Positions 19,371 through 29,371 of a stretch of 64,000 nt of DNA are shown piece by piece. Source of the DNA: Janthinobacterium lividum (lineage in GTDB: Bacteria > Bacteroidota > Bacteroidia > Sphingobacteriales > Sphingobacteriaceae); assembly GCA_050955045.1 (NCBI GenBank), contig JBPBQV010000004.1:13496-77495 (forward strand), written 5' to 3'. Below the pieces are notes generated by a model, which searched no databases, was not told the DNA's origin, and saw only the letters and a program-made list of their open reading frames with translations. Made by a program: the position numbers and the translations under genes. Numbering within the stretch: position 1 is the first letter of the stretch; every line of letters starts with the position of its first letter.

Positions 19371-19450
19371 TCATTTTGAACGTAGAGAGAAATCTTCTCT
19401 AAATAATGATTAAACTGTTATAATGAAAATTTCTCTACTGTTCAAAATGA
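19371..19450. repeat. palindromic intergenic element of the same family as 11011-11096
   Basis: Arms tcattttgaacgtagagagaaatcttc (19371-19397) and gaaaatttctctactgttcaaaatga (19425-19450). Confidence 0.6.
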
Positions 19451-19593
19451 CAAAAATCAAATTCCATACTTCTTTTACTAACCAAATTTCCTCAAACTTA
19501 ACTTAATCAACTTTCAGCTTTTTTAATAGCTTTGAAATCTTTAAAAACAGCAATCCTAATTACTGTTTTTATGGCATAAAAATCTTGATCTAA

Positions 19594-20979
19594 ATGCTGA
19601 CTGTAGAAAAAATCGGGGGCACTTCCATGACGGCCCTGCACGATGTGCTCAAAAATATCATCTTGTTTAACCGTACCGGCGATGAATTGTATAACCGCAT
19701 TTTTGTGGTTTCTGCCTTTTCAGGCGTTACCAATTTGTTGCTGGAAAATAAGAAAACCGGCGCACCGGGTGTATATCATTTAATTGCCAATTATCAGGAT
19801 TTTCATTTGGCTTTGGATGAGCTGATTGTTAAGTTACAGGCCATCAACAAAAATTATGTTGAACTTGGCCTTGATCTAAAAACTGCTGATCAATTTATCG
19901 AAAAACGGGTTCGTGATGCACAAAGTTACCTCGAAAACCTAGTCAATATCTTGTCTTCTGGCTATGTTAGTCAGGAAGGAATATTGCAGGCTGCACGCGA
20001 AATTCTGGCTTCTATTGGCGAAACGCATTCGGCTTTTAATTTTACCAATATCCTTCAAAACAACAATATTAACGCTACCTGTATTGATTTGAGTGGCTTT
20101 GATGATCCGCGTTCTTACACGATAGATCAGCGGATAAAAGAAGCATTTAAGGCTATTGATCTTACCAAAACTATCTGTATAGCAACTGGTTACACCAAAG
20201 GAACGGAAGGAATTATGCGCGAATTTGACCGCGGTTACTCCGAAGTTACGTTTAGTAAAATTGCCGTTGCTGTAAAGCCGCAGGAAGCAATTATCCACAA
20301 AGAATATCATTTATGCACGGCCGACCCAATGCTGGTTGGTGTTGACAATTGTAAGCCCATTGGTTTTACCAATTATGATGTAGCCGACCAATTAGCAGAT
20401 GTTGGCATGGAAGCTATCCATCCTAAAGCTTCTAAACCATTAGAAATAAATGGTATTAACCTGCGCATTAAAAACACTTTTGAACCGGAACATCCCGGAA
20501 CATTAATCACCCAAAGTTATGTTTCCGAAGAAAAAAGGGTTGAAGTAATTACCGGTACAGAAAAAGTGCTGATTATTGATATTTACGATCCGCTGATGGT
20601 TGGTAACGTTGGTTCAGATTTACAAATTATGCAGGTATTTTTTAACCATAGCGTAAGTTACAGCTTTAAGGCAACCAGCGCAAACAGTATTTCGGTGGTA
20701 ATTTGGGAAAAGGATTTTAAGCAATCCCTTATTAATGAACTGGAAGAAAAGTTTGAGAAAATTACGGTAGAAAAAGCCGCCATGGTTTGTATTATTGGTT
20801 CTAATATCGATCAGCCTGGATTGCTGGCCCGTTCTGCTGCCGGGTTAGCCAACGAAAATATCAATATTAAAAGCTGCGGATTTTCGCTGCGGAAAGTAAA
20901 TATCCAATTTTTAATTGCCCGCGAAGATTTTGGTAAAGCCATTATCGCTTTAAATAAGGCCATGTTTATTGTGGCATAA
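19594..20979 (+). CDS. aspartate kinase
   Basis: VEKIGGTSM N-terminal kinase motif and a C-terminal ACT-like region. Confidence 0.85.
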   Translation: MLTVEKIGGTSMTALHDVLKNIILFNRTGDELYNRIFVVSAFSGVTNLLLENKKTGAPGVYHLIANYQDFHLALDELIVKLQAINKNYVELGLDLKTADQFIEKRVRDAQSYLENLVNILSSGYVSQEGILQAAREILASIGETHSAFNFTNILQNNNINATCIDLSGFDDPRSYTIDQRIKEAFKAIDLTKTICIATGYTKGTEGIMREFDRGYSEVTFSKIAVAVKPQEAIIHKEYHLCTADPMLVGVDNCKPIGFTNYDVADQLADVGMEAIHPKASKPLEINGINLRIKNTFEPEHPGTLITQSYVSEEKRVEVITGTEKVLIIDIYDPLMVGNVGSDLQIMQVFFNHSVSYSFKATSANSISVVIWEKDFKQSLINELEEKFEKITVEKAAMVCIIGSNIDQPGLLARSAAGLANENINIKSCGFSLRKVNIQFLIAREDFGKAIIALNKAMFIVA

Positions 20980-20996
20980 AAGAAGCATTGAAGAAA

Positions 20997-21024
20997 GTCC
21001 GGCTTATTTTATTAACAGCCGGAC
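20997..21024. terminator. bidirectional hairpin between the convergent aspartate kinase and parC genes
   Basis: gtccggct (20997-21004) pairs with agccggac (21017-21024). The flanks are A/T-rich. Confidence 0.6.
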
Positions 21025-21032
21025 CTTTTAAT

Positions 21033-23717
21033 TTAAAACAAAGGCAATTGCCCTTTATCCTTCAAATCCAAATCATCCGGATTGGTAATTTCTAACGCTA
21101 TTTTCTTGATAGGTTTTGCTTCTTTCTGTAACAATTCTTTTTCTGCTTCCTCCTCTTTGTGTTCTTCGGAAATAATTTCTTTTAACGAAGTTTCTGCAAC
21201 CGGATCCGGCACATCTTCCTCATCATCATGTTCGGCAATTAGTTCAACAGTTTTGATTTCATGTTGAGAAAGTCGGTTTCCCTGCGCTTTAATGCCTTTT
21301 ACATCAATTAAATCGGCTAGATTCAACTCCGTAGTTTCCGGCAAATGGTTTTTTCCTTTGGATAATTCTACTTTAATTACCGGTTGAGAAGCACCAGAAA
21401 TCAGGATCATTTTAGAACCACTTTCTTCGCTTATCAAACTAATGGGTTTATCTAAAGCCAAACTTTCGAACGTAAAACGCTTTACAAAATAGTTTTTCAG
21501 TTTGCCTTCGTAATGCACAACTGTATAAACCTGATCCGGATTAAACTTTTCAATCAGAACCATTTTATCTTCAAAATGATTGGTCAAATCGAAACTGGTG
21601 ATTTCGCAAATACCGTTGCTTAGCACTTTCAAAATTTTATCTTCTCCGTCAAATTCTCCCAGAAAAGTTCCGCGGCTATCCACATTTAAACGTTTCAAAA
21701 CCTCATCGTACCAAATTTTCCTTCCGGATAATGTAGAAATTCCTTTTGTTTTTAAAGTGATTTTTTTAACCGGATATTTAGTAACCACATTGCCTTGCGA
21801 ACTGCGGCCCTTGATAGCAACTTCTGCAAAGTCCAAATCGAAAGCCAGCTTCTTTAATTTAGTATGCGGCTTCAGCTGCACGTTTACCACTTCTGCTTCA
21901 CCATTTGGATTATGGGTGAAGTAAAGTGTTTTGGTGCCTTTTGTACCTTTGGTCATGTCGTATTCTTTGTCGCGCGTAATACCTTGCACAAAAAAACGCT
22001 TGATAAAAGCAGTACCCGTTTCACCGTCTTTATAGATATAATTGTAAACCGTGCGTTCATCATTCTTTTTGAAGATGGCTGCGTGCATGATGTCTTTTCC
22101 TACAAAAACTTTTTCCTGCACTTTGGTTACTAGAAATTTACCATCTTCCCGGAAAACGATAATCTCATCTAAATCAGAGCAATCGCCCACAAATTCGTCT
22201 TTTTTCAAAGCCGTTCCCACAAAACCATCAATACGATTGATGTAGATTTTAACATTTGCCAGCGCAACCTGCGCGGCTTCTACCCGATCAAAAACGCGCA
22301 GTTCGGTTTTACGTTCGCGGCCTTTTCCAAACTTTTCTTTTAGTTTGATAAACCAATCGATCGCATATTCCGTCAACTGTTTCAGGTGTTTGTTTACTTC
22401 CTTGATCTCATTTTCCAACGATTTCATCTGCTCATCCGCCTTCTTTACATCAAAGCGCGTGATGCTGCTCATTGGTTTATCAATCAGCTTTTTAAAATCT
22501 TCCGCCAAAATCGACCGATAAAATTGTGGTATAAACGGAGCAAAAAGTTTATTTAATACTTTTACCACGGCTTCAAAGTTTCCGGAGGTTTCATAATCCG
22601 GATTTTTGTACATACCATTTTGAATGAAAATCTTCAGCAATGAACTAAAAAATATTTTTTCTTTCAGTTCTGCCAGTCTGATTTCCAATTCCTGCTTTAA
22701 TAATTCCCTGGTAAAAACAGTACTCTCCGTCAGGATATCATTCACACTCATAAAGTGCGGCTTGTTCTCCTTTATGATACAGGTATTTGGAGAGATGGAA
22801 ACCTCACAATCCGTAAAAGCGTACAGCGCGTCAATCGTAACGTCAGGCGAAATTCCGGGTGCGAGATGAATGATGATTTCTACATCTTTAGCCGTATTAT
22901 CTTCAATTTTTTTGATACGAATTTTGCCTTTATCATTGGCCGCAATCACGCTATCTATCAAACTTCCGGTTGTGGTAGAAAACGGAACTTCTGTAATGGC
23001 AAGCGTTTTTTTATCGCGTTCTTCTATTTTGGCACGGATACGAATTTTTCCGCCGCGCTGGCCTTCATTATAAGCTGAACAATCTGCCAGTCCGCCCGTT
23101 GGAAAATCTGGCAGTAAATCCGGACGGTTGCCTTTTAATATTGCTATCGAAGCATCAATCAGTTCGATAAAATTGTGTGGCATTACTTTGGTAGCCAAAC
23201 CAACCGCAATTCCTTCTGCGCCTTGCGCCAGTAACAACGGGAATTTTACCGGAAGCGTTACCGGCTCTTTGTTTCGGCCATCGTAACTGGATTGCCATTC
23301 CGTTGTATCAGGATTGAAAACAACATCCAACGCAAATTTGGATAAACGCGCTTCAATATAACGAGGCGCGGCAGCAGAATCGCCGGTAACCGGATCGCCC
23401 CAGTTTCCCTGACATTCAATCAGCAAGTTTTTCTGGCCGATTTGCACCATTGCATCACCAATAGAAGCATCTCCATGCGGATGGTATTTCATGGTGTTAC
23501 CAATCACGTTGGCAGCTTTGTTAAAACGGCCGTCGTCCATTTCTTTTAAGGAATGCAGAATACGGCGTTGCACAGGTTTTAATCCGTCGTGAATATGTGG
23601 TACGGCCCGATCCAGAATTACATAAGAGGCGTAATCCAGAAACCAGTTTTCATACAATCCTGATAAGGAAGTTATATTGGAGAGTTGTTCGTTTTGCTGA
23701 CTTAAATCGTCATTCAT
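21033..23717 (-). CDS. parC: type IIA topoisomerase subunit A, topoisomerase IV ParC-like
   Basis: DGLKPVQRRILH, the AAPRYIEARL active-site Tyr region and a charged C-terminal tail. It is paired with a ParE-like gene 3.7 kb away. Confidence 0.8.
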   Translation of the reverse strand: MNDDLSQQNEQLSNITSLSGLYENWFLDYASYVILDRAVPHIHDGLKPVQRRILHSLKEMDDGRFNKAANVIGNTMKYHPHGDASIGDAMVQIGQKNLLIECQGNWGDPVTGDSAAAPRYIEARLSKFALDVVFNPDTTEWQSSYDGRNKEPVTLPVKFPLLLAQGAEGIAVGLATKVMPHNFIELIDASIAILKGNRPDLLPDFPTGGLADCSAYNEGQRGGKIRIRAKIEERDKKTLAITEVPFSTTTGSLIDSVIAANDKGKIRIKKIEDNTAKDVEIIIHLAPGISPDVTIDALYAFTDCEVSISPNTCIIKENKPHFMSVNDILTESTVFTRELLKQELEIRLAELKEKIFFSSLLKIFIQNGMYKNPDYETSGNFEAVVKVLNKLFAPFIPQFYRSILAEDFKKLIDKPMSSITRFDVKKADEQMKSLENEIKEVNKHLKQLTEYAIDWFIKLKEKFGKGRERKTELRVFDRVEAAQVALANVKIYINRIDGFVGTALKKDEFVGDCSDLDEIIVFREDGKFLVTKVQEKVFVGKDIMHAAIFKKNDERTVYNYIYKDGETGTAFIKRFFVQGITRDKEYDMTKGTKGTKTLYFTHNPNGEAEVVNVQLKPHTKLKKLAFDLDFAEVAIKGRSSQGNVVTKYPVKKITLKTKGISTLSGRKIWYDEVLKRLNVDSRGTFLGEFDGEDKILKVLSNGICEITSFDLTNHFEDKMVLIEKFNPDQVYTVVHYEGKLKNYFVKRFTFESLALDKPISLISEESGSKMILISGASQPVIKVELSKGKNHLPETTELNLADLIDVKGIKAQGNRLSQHEIKTVELIAEHDDEEDVPDPVAETSLKEIISEEHKEEEAEKELLQKEAKPIKKIALEITNPDDLDLKDKGQLPLF

Positions 23718-24023
23718 TCAGTAATAGCTATAGGATACAAATATAAGATATAGTAATAAATTTAGCTTGATGCTACAGCATAAAATGCTATTAAAATTAG
23801 ATTTTACCCAGCTAAAAACAGCATCATGATTTAATGAAAATTAAATTCAATCTTTTTGTAACTAAATACAAGTTTGCAACATCTATAGATCAACATTACA
23901 ACAAAAACATAAAATTAAAACAAGCTAAAAACTTCAAAAAAAATTTACAATTTTCTGTAACGAATCAATACTTGGTAACGTCTATATATCAAAACAACCA
24001 CAAAAACTTAAATTCAACATATT

Positions 24024-24452
24024 ATGAAAACTTTAAAAACTATCTTCATCGCATTACTGGTTACTTTAACTTTTACTGCTGCAAAAGCCGATCGCCCAAA
24101 CATCAAAGAAAGGTTAACTTTGCGTTATGCAATTACAACTTATGTAAATGCTTTTACACATGGAAAAGTTGGAAGTCTGGCAGAAATCATTGATGACAGT
24201 GCTAAATTCTCTCACAATCGTGGAGAAAAAATTATCAGCTTCAGCAAAAATCAAATTTTGGAAAATCTTAACAGTCAGACAAATACAGAGCAAAATTGCA
24301 CAACTATAACTAAAATTGTAGAAAACAATTCAAACTTGGTTGTATATAAAGTACAAATGAAATATCAGAACTTTTCCCGTATCAATTATGTAACCATGAC
24401 AGATACCGGCAATGGCTGGAAAATTACTAATGTTTCAAGTGTGTTCAGTTAA
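24024..24452 (+). CDS. small secreted protein, possibly NTF2-like fold
   Basis: Signal peptide, about 120-aa mature domain, C-terminal GNGWKITNVS. The family call is weak. Confidence 0.4.
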   Translation: MKTLKTIFIALLVTLTFTAAKADRPNIKERLTLRYAITTYVNAFTHGKVGSLAEIIDDSAKFSHNRGEKIISFSKNQILENLNSQTNTEQNCTTITKIVENNSNLVVYKVQMKYQNFSRINYVTMTDTGNGWKITNVSSVFS

Positions 24453-24467
24453 AACAGATTTAACCTG

Positions 24468-24511
24468 ATAAAAGAAGCAATCCAAGTTTAAACTTGGATT
24501 GCTTCTTTTAT
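24468..24511. terminator. perfect 44-nt palindrome built from two inverted copies of the ATAAAAGAAGCA motif; bidirectional terminator candidate
   Basis: ataaaagaagcaatccaagttt / aaacttggattgcttcttttat, lying between convergent genes. Confidence 0.7.
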
Positions 24512-24560
24512 TTTATAATTTACGATTAATATTAATTCATATAAAAACTAATTTACAAGT

Positions 24561-25886
24561 TTAGATTTCCAGCACAACAACTGGATCAGGATCTTCTGAC
24601 GTTGGTTGCATAACCGGAACAATCCAGTTTTTATCTTTCAACACTACTTTTAATGGTTGTTTGCTTTTAAGCAGGTAAGCCTTTTTTATTTGCTTAAATG
24701 GAGTATTTTCCAATACAATATGATCACCAACAGGACTTAAAGGATGCACATAAACTTTATTGGAATTTTGCGTTAAACAACCCCATTTTTGCGGACGAAT
24801 ATAACTTGCTTTTGTGTTGTAAATACTTTCACCATAAACCTTTAGCCAGTTGCCCATCCAACTAATTCTGTCTTTAAATTCCGGCTGAATTTCACCATTT
24901 GGCATTGGGCCGATGTTTAACAGCAAATTACCACCGTTTCCTGCGGATCTTGCCAGCAGATTTACGATTTGAGCTGGTGTTTTGTAGGTTGTATCGGTTA
25001 AATTAAAACCCCAGCTATTGTTAATGGTGGCACAAGTTTCCAATGGTAGCTTGGATATTTGCTGAAAACTCAATCCGTTTGTATTCTCTCCCGGCAAATC
25101 CTGCTCAAACATCTGGAAATCTTCTCCGGGCAAAGGTGTCATGTGATGATTATTCCCTACCAAACATTGCGGTTGCAGCTTATGGATAAGATCGTACAGT
25201 TCTCGTGTATGCCAATCGGCACGAGTTTCACTTTTACGATCCTTACTTTCACCCTCCATCTGATCCCAGTATCCGTCAAACCAAATTCCGCCGATTTCGC
25301 CGTAATTAGTCAGCAATTCGGTCAACTGGTTTTTCATGAATTGAATGTATTCGTTCCAATCGCCATGTTTTGTTCGGCCTGTTCCTTTCCCAGTGCGGCC
25401 CGTCCAGTATTGATAATCATCGCGCCGCCAATCCAGCAGTGAATAGTACAGAACAAGCTTAATACCTTGCTTGTGGCATTCATCTGCCATTTGCCGCACA
25501 ATATCCTTTTTATAAGGCGATTGCATGATATTAAAATCAGAATACTTGGTATCAAACATGCTAAAACCATCGTGGTGGCGCGTAATTAGCGTAATGTATT
25601 TCATGCCACCGTTTTTGGCCATTCCAACCCATTGCGCGGCGTTGAAATCAATCGGATTAAAGAATTTTTCTAATCGCGTATAATTTTTTACAGTGATGTT
25701 TCGGTCGTTCATCACCCATTCGCCACTTCCGGGAATGCTAAACGGACCCCAATGGATAAACAAGCCATATTTTTCGTTGGTGAATGCTTTTCTGGCAGCC
25801 AGATTTTGTGGTGTTGGATTGTAGTCTTGTGCTTGCAGTGAAACCGCCAAAAGCAACACCAATAGTGTGCTAAAATATTTTTTCAT
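24561..25886 (-). CDS. alpha-L-fucosidase (GH29)
   Basis: KYGLFIHWGPFSIPG and HHDGFSMFDT signatures, plus a signal peptide. Confidence 0.85.
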   Translation of the reverse strand: MKKYFSTLLVLLLAVSLQAQDYNPTPQNLAARKAFTNEKYGLFIHWGPFSIPGSGEWVMNDRNITVKNYTRLEKFFNPIDFNAAQWVGMAKNGGMKYITLITRHHDGFSMFDTKYSDFNIMQSPYKKDIVRQMADECHKQGIKLVLYYSLLDWRRDDYQYWTGRTGKGTGRTKHGDWNEYIQFMKNQLTELLTNYGEIGGIWFDGYWDQMEGESKDRKSETRADWHTRELYDLIHKLQPQCLVGNNHHMTPLPGEDFQMFEQDLPGENTNGLSFQQISKLPLETCATINNSWGFNLTDTTYKTPAQIVNLLARSAGNGGNLLLNIGPMPNGEIQPEFKDRISWMGNWLKVYGESIYNTKASYIRPQKWGCLTQNSNKVYVHPLSPVGDHIVLENTPFKQIKKAYLLKSKQPLKVVLKDKNWIVPVMQPTSEDPDPVVVLEI

Positions 25887-26112
25887 ATTGGTAATAAAGG
25901 TTTACCGAAAATACAATTATCGATGCTTCTTTTACAAGGTAAAAATTTGGTTAGGTTTATTTGATTGATAAAAGAAGTATGAATATCTTGGATTTACAAT
26001 CTTCAAATAAAAGGTCGGAATTGCAAATTCCGACCAGTATGTTATATCTGAACAATAAAAATAAAATTTGCAAGACGAATCTCTACACCTTTATACCATA
26101 TAAAAGCAACTC

Positions 26113-26451
26113 ATGACAGAAAACACAGATTGGAATCCACAGGAAATTAATCCAGCATTACTTAGGCTGATTTCATCAAAACTAAAAACAATGTCAATTG
26201 AATTGACAGACATCATAACAAACAGAGTATTAAAAGACAATTTCTTAGATCAACTAAGCTATGATTTTGCGGTTTGGTTTGAGTTTATTACAAATCGTGT
26301 AGAATGTGATCTTTTAGATGTAGAAGAATTTTTATACGAATTTAGCGATGTATTAAAAGTTGAAGAGAAAGAATATGCTACTAAGTATTTTAAAAACGAA
26401 ATTGAACAGCTTGTCAGAAAAAACGTTAAGCCACTGTTTTCAAATTTATAG
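26113..26451 (+). CDS. hypothetical small acidic protein
   Basis: 112-aa ORF in AT-rich DNA, with no recognisable motif. It is bracketed by two related hairpins. Confidence 0.4.
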   Translation: MTENTDWNPQEINPALLRLISSKLKTMSIELTDIITNRVLKDNFLDQLSYDFAVWFEFITNRVECDLLDVEEFLYEFSDVLKVEEKEYATKYFKNEIEQLVRKNVKPLFSNL

Positions 26452-26563
26452 TATTAAATTAAGTCAATACGTCAACTGGCAAGTATAGTCATTTAGATTA
26501 AAATTCAAAGTTGGGATGATTAGATTGCAAATTCCAACCAGAAAGAATTATACTAAACCAATA

Positions 26564-27307
26564 TTAGATATGTTCAGATGAATCATCAGGAGATATAAAT
26601 GTGCTAATCCCACGTACTGGCGGACAACAAACTTCTTTTTGTTTCCTAACTAATTCTATGTTTTTTTCAATCAAATTGAAAATTTCTTTAGCATCTTGCC
26701 ACAGATCGTTAATACACAATTTTTCTATCAGAAGCTTTTGGAATTTATCTTCTGTTTTGTAAGATTGAAAATACAACTTAGTAATATCAAAATCTTCTTT
26801 ATCTAAACTTGTTCTACTTCCAGAATGTGAGTATCCTCCTTTTCCAAATATTATCTCCCAACTTATATTTTGACTTACATAGTAAAGCTTTAAAAATGGA
26901 TCAACCTGACCAGCAAATACTTGAAGTCTTTCTTCAAAATGTTGAGATGTATTTCTTAAATCAGCTACAGCTTCTTGAAGTGGTGAATTAGGATTATAGT
27001 TAGAAGAATTCAGGATTTTTTGAGGATTTTTAACAAATCCAACTGATTGACCTAATGAAAGTTTAACTGATTTGACTAATCTTGCATAACATTCTATGTA
27101 CGATTCAATATATCCAAAACACTCTTTGTAAAGTTCAAAGCTTACACTTGGTATATCTACATTTATTTTTGTTGAGATTTCAACAATCTTAATATAGGCA
27201 GAATCTATTTTTTCAAGCAGTGAAATGCAGTATTCACAAGTAAGATTAAATAGATCTGAATCTTTAAATGGTAAATATATAAATGGTTTTCTTGAAAAAT
27301 TGAACAT
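26564..27307 (-). CDS. hypothetical protein with an R-x4-H (HEPN-like) motif
   Basis: 247-aa ORF. DLRNTSQHFEE (R118-H123, nt 26939-26956) follows an N-terminal part that looks helical. The DNA is AT-rich. The HEPN assignment rests on this motif alone. Confidence 0.5.
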   Translation of the reverse strand: MFNFSRKPFIYLPFKDSDLFNLTCEYCISLLEKIDSAYIKIVEISTKINVDIPSVSFELYKECFGYIESYIECYARLVKSVKLSLGQSVGFVKNPQKILNSSNYNPNSPLQEAVADLRNTSQHFEERLQVFAGQVDPFLKLYYVSQNISWEIIFGKGGYSHSGSRTSLDKEDFDITKLYFQSYKTEDKFQKLLIEKLCINDLWQDAKEIFNLIEKNIELVRKQKEVCCPPVRGISTFISPDDSSEHI

Positions 27308-27375
27308 ACTGAAATTGTATTAAGTTAAAGATTAACTACATAAATTATCTACAATCAATATAGATAAAAACAGCA

Positions 27376-29250
27376 TTAAACCACCACAGCCTCTTCTAAA
27401 ATATCAACCTCAATCCGTAAATTTTGGATAATATGCTGCTGCCGATCCGGTGTATTTTTTCCCATAAAATATTCTAACAGCGATTTGATATTGGCTTCTT
27501 TCAAAAAAACCGGATCCAGGCGAATATCTTTCCCGATAAACAAGCCAAATTCTTCCGGTGAAATCTCACCCAAACCTTTAAATCGGGTAATTTCCGGCTT
27601 GTTGCCCAGCTTGTTGATGGCACGCTGGCGTTCTTCATCGCTGTAACAATAAATCGTTTCTTTTTTATTACGCACTCGAAAAAGCGGTGTTTGCAGAATA
27701 GAAACATGGCCGGCTTTCACCAGATCAGGGAAAAACTGCAGAAAAAAGGTCATTAAAAGAAGTCTGATGTGCATTCCATCTACATCTGCGTCGGTTGCAA
27801 TTACAATGTTGTTATAGCGCAATCCATCTAAACCATCTTCAATATTTAAGGCGTGTTGCAGCAAATTGAATTCTTCATTTTCGTAAACTACCTTTTTGGT
27901 AAGGCCAAAGCAATTTAAAGGTTTTCCTTTTAAGCTAAAAACAGCCTGCGTTTGCACATCACGCGATTTGGTGATAGAACCACTTGCAGAATCTCCTTCC
28001 GTAATAAATAACGTTGTATCTTGTTTCCGCTCATGCGTATCTTCAAAATGCAATTTGCAATCGCGCAGTTTTTTATTGTGTAAAGAAGCTTTTTTGGCCC
28101 GTTCATTCGCCAGTTTTTTGATGCCGGCAATATCTTTTCGTTCGCGTTCTGATTGTAAAATGCGTTTCAGCAAACCATCGGCCGTAGCCGGATTTTTATG
28201 CAGATGATCGTCCAGCGCTTTCTTCACAAAATCATTGATGAAACCACGAACAGAAGGCCCGTCTTCCGCTACATTTTGCGAACCTAATTTGGTTTTGGTC
28301 TGCGATTCAAAAACGGGTTCCTGCACGCGGATAGAAACCGCCGCCACAATAGAAGCGCGCACATCCGCCGCGTCAAATTCTTTCTTGTAAAACTCACGAA
28401 TGGTTTTGACAACGGCTTCGCGGAAAGCAGCTTGATGTGTTCCGCCTTGTGTAGTATGCTGACCGTTGACGAAAGAATAATATTCTTCGCCGTATTGCTG
28501 GCCATGCGTCATCGCGATTTCAATATCGTCTCCTTTTAAATGGATGATCGGATAGCGCAAATTTTCGGTATCTGTATTTTTAACCAGCAAATCGTGCAAG
28601 CCTTTCTCAGAAAAGTATTTTTTTCCGTTGAAGTTGATCGTCAAACCTGCATTTAAAAAAACGTAATTCCAGATCATGTTTTCGGCAAATTCCGGGATAA
28701 AACGGTAATGCCTGAAAATGGTATCATCCGGAAAAAAGTTAATTGCCGTTCCGTTCCGTTGCGTGGTATCTTTTTCTTCTTCGCGAAGCAACTCGCCTTT
28801 ACTAAACTCGGCAATTTTGGTCTTTCCATCGCGGTAAGACTGAACAATAAAATTACCCGAAAGTGCATTTACAGCTTTCGTTCCAACACCATTTAAACCA
28901 ACGGATTTTTGAAAAGCTTTACTATCGTATTTACCGCCGGTATTGATCTTGGAAACGCAATCAATCACTTTCCCCAACGGAATTCCTCGACCATAATCGC
29001 GAACGGCTACTTTTTGATCGCTTAGATTAATGTCGATGGTGCGGCCTGCGCCCATCACAAACTCATCGATAGAGTTATCTACAATTTCTTTCAGCAATAC
29101 ATAAATGCCATCATCATAAGCAGAACCATCGCCCAATTTGCCGATGTACATGCCTGGCCGCAACCGGATGTGCTCCTTCCAATCCAGTGAACGGATGCTA
29201 TCTTCACTATAATTTATAGAATTGGGGACATTTGCGGTATTGATTGACAT
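27376..29250 (-). CDS. parE: type IIA topoisomerase subunit B, topoisomerase IV ParE-like
   Basis: GHKL ATPase motifs (VDNSIDE, GGKYD..GLNGVG) and Toprim motifs EGDSA and DADVDG. Confidence 0.85.
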   Translation of the reverse strand: MSINTANVPNSINYSEDSIRSLDWKEHIRLRPGMYIGKLGDGSAYDDGIYVLLKEIVDNSIDEFVMGAGRTIDINLSDQKVAVRDYGRGIPLGKVIDCVSKINTGGKYDSKAFQKSVGLNGVGTKAVNALSGNFIVQSYRDGKTKIAEFSKGELLREEEKDTTQRNGTAINFFPDDTIFRHYRFIPEFAENMIWNYVFLNAGLTINFNGKKYFSEKGLHDLLVKNTDTENLRYPIIHLKGDDIEIAMTHGQQYGEEYYSFVNGQHTTQGGTHQAAFREAVVKTIREFYKKEFDAADVRASIVAAVSIRVQEPVFESQTKTKLGSQNVAEDGPSVRGFINDFVKKALDDHLHKNPATADGLLKRILQSERERKDIAGIKKLANERAKKASLHNKKLRDCKLHFEDTHERKQDTTLFITEGDSASGSITKSRDVQTQAVFSLKGKPLNCFGLTKKVVYENEEFNLLQHALNIEDGLDGLRYNNIVIATDADVDGMHIRLLLMTFFLQFFPDLVKAGHVSILQTPLFRVRNKKETIYCYSDEERQRAINKLGNKPEITRFKGLGEISPEEFGLFIGKDIRLDPVFLKEANIKSLLEYFMGKNTPDRQQHIIQNLRIEVDILEEAVVV

Positions 29251-29371
29251 TTTATTTTGCTACTAATTTTAGCACAAATTTATTAAAATATCAGCAATTT
29301 ACCTTATGCAAGCGTTTGGAATGTGGACGATTTAGGTAATTGTGGATAAATTTATGCCGATAAAAGAAGCA

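Noticed and set aside
19295-19593. Possible lysine or amino-acid riboswitch or leader upstream of aspartate kinase
   Set aside because: The region is taken up by a terminator, a palindromic repeat element and a motif hairpin. I could not recognise any conserved riboswitch core by eye. A covariance-model scan would be needed to rule one in.
23834-24193. 119-aa + strand ORF in the parC upstream region
   Set aside because: It is a low-complexity Asn/Lys/Phe-rich translation of an AT-rich promoter region. It also overlaps the better-supported signal-peptide ORF at 24024-24452 in another frame.
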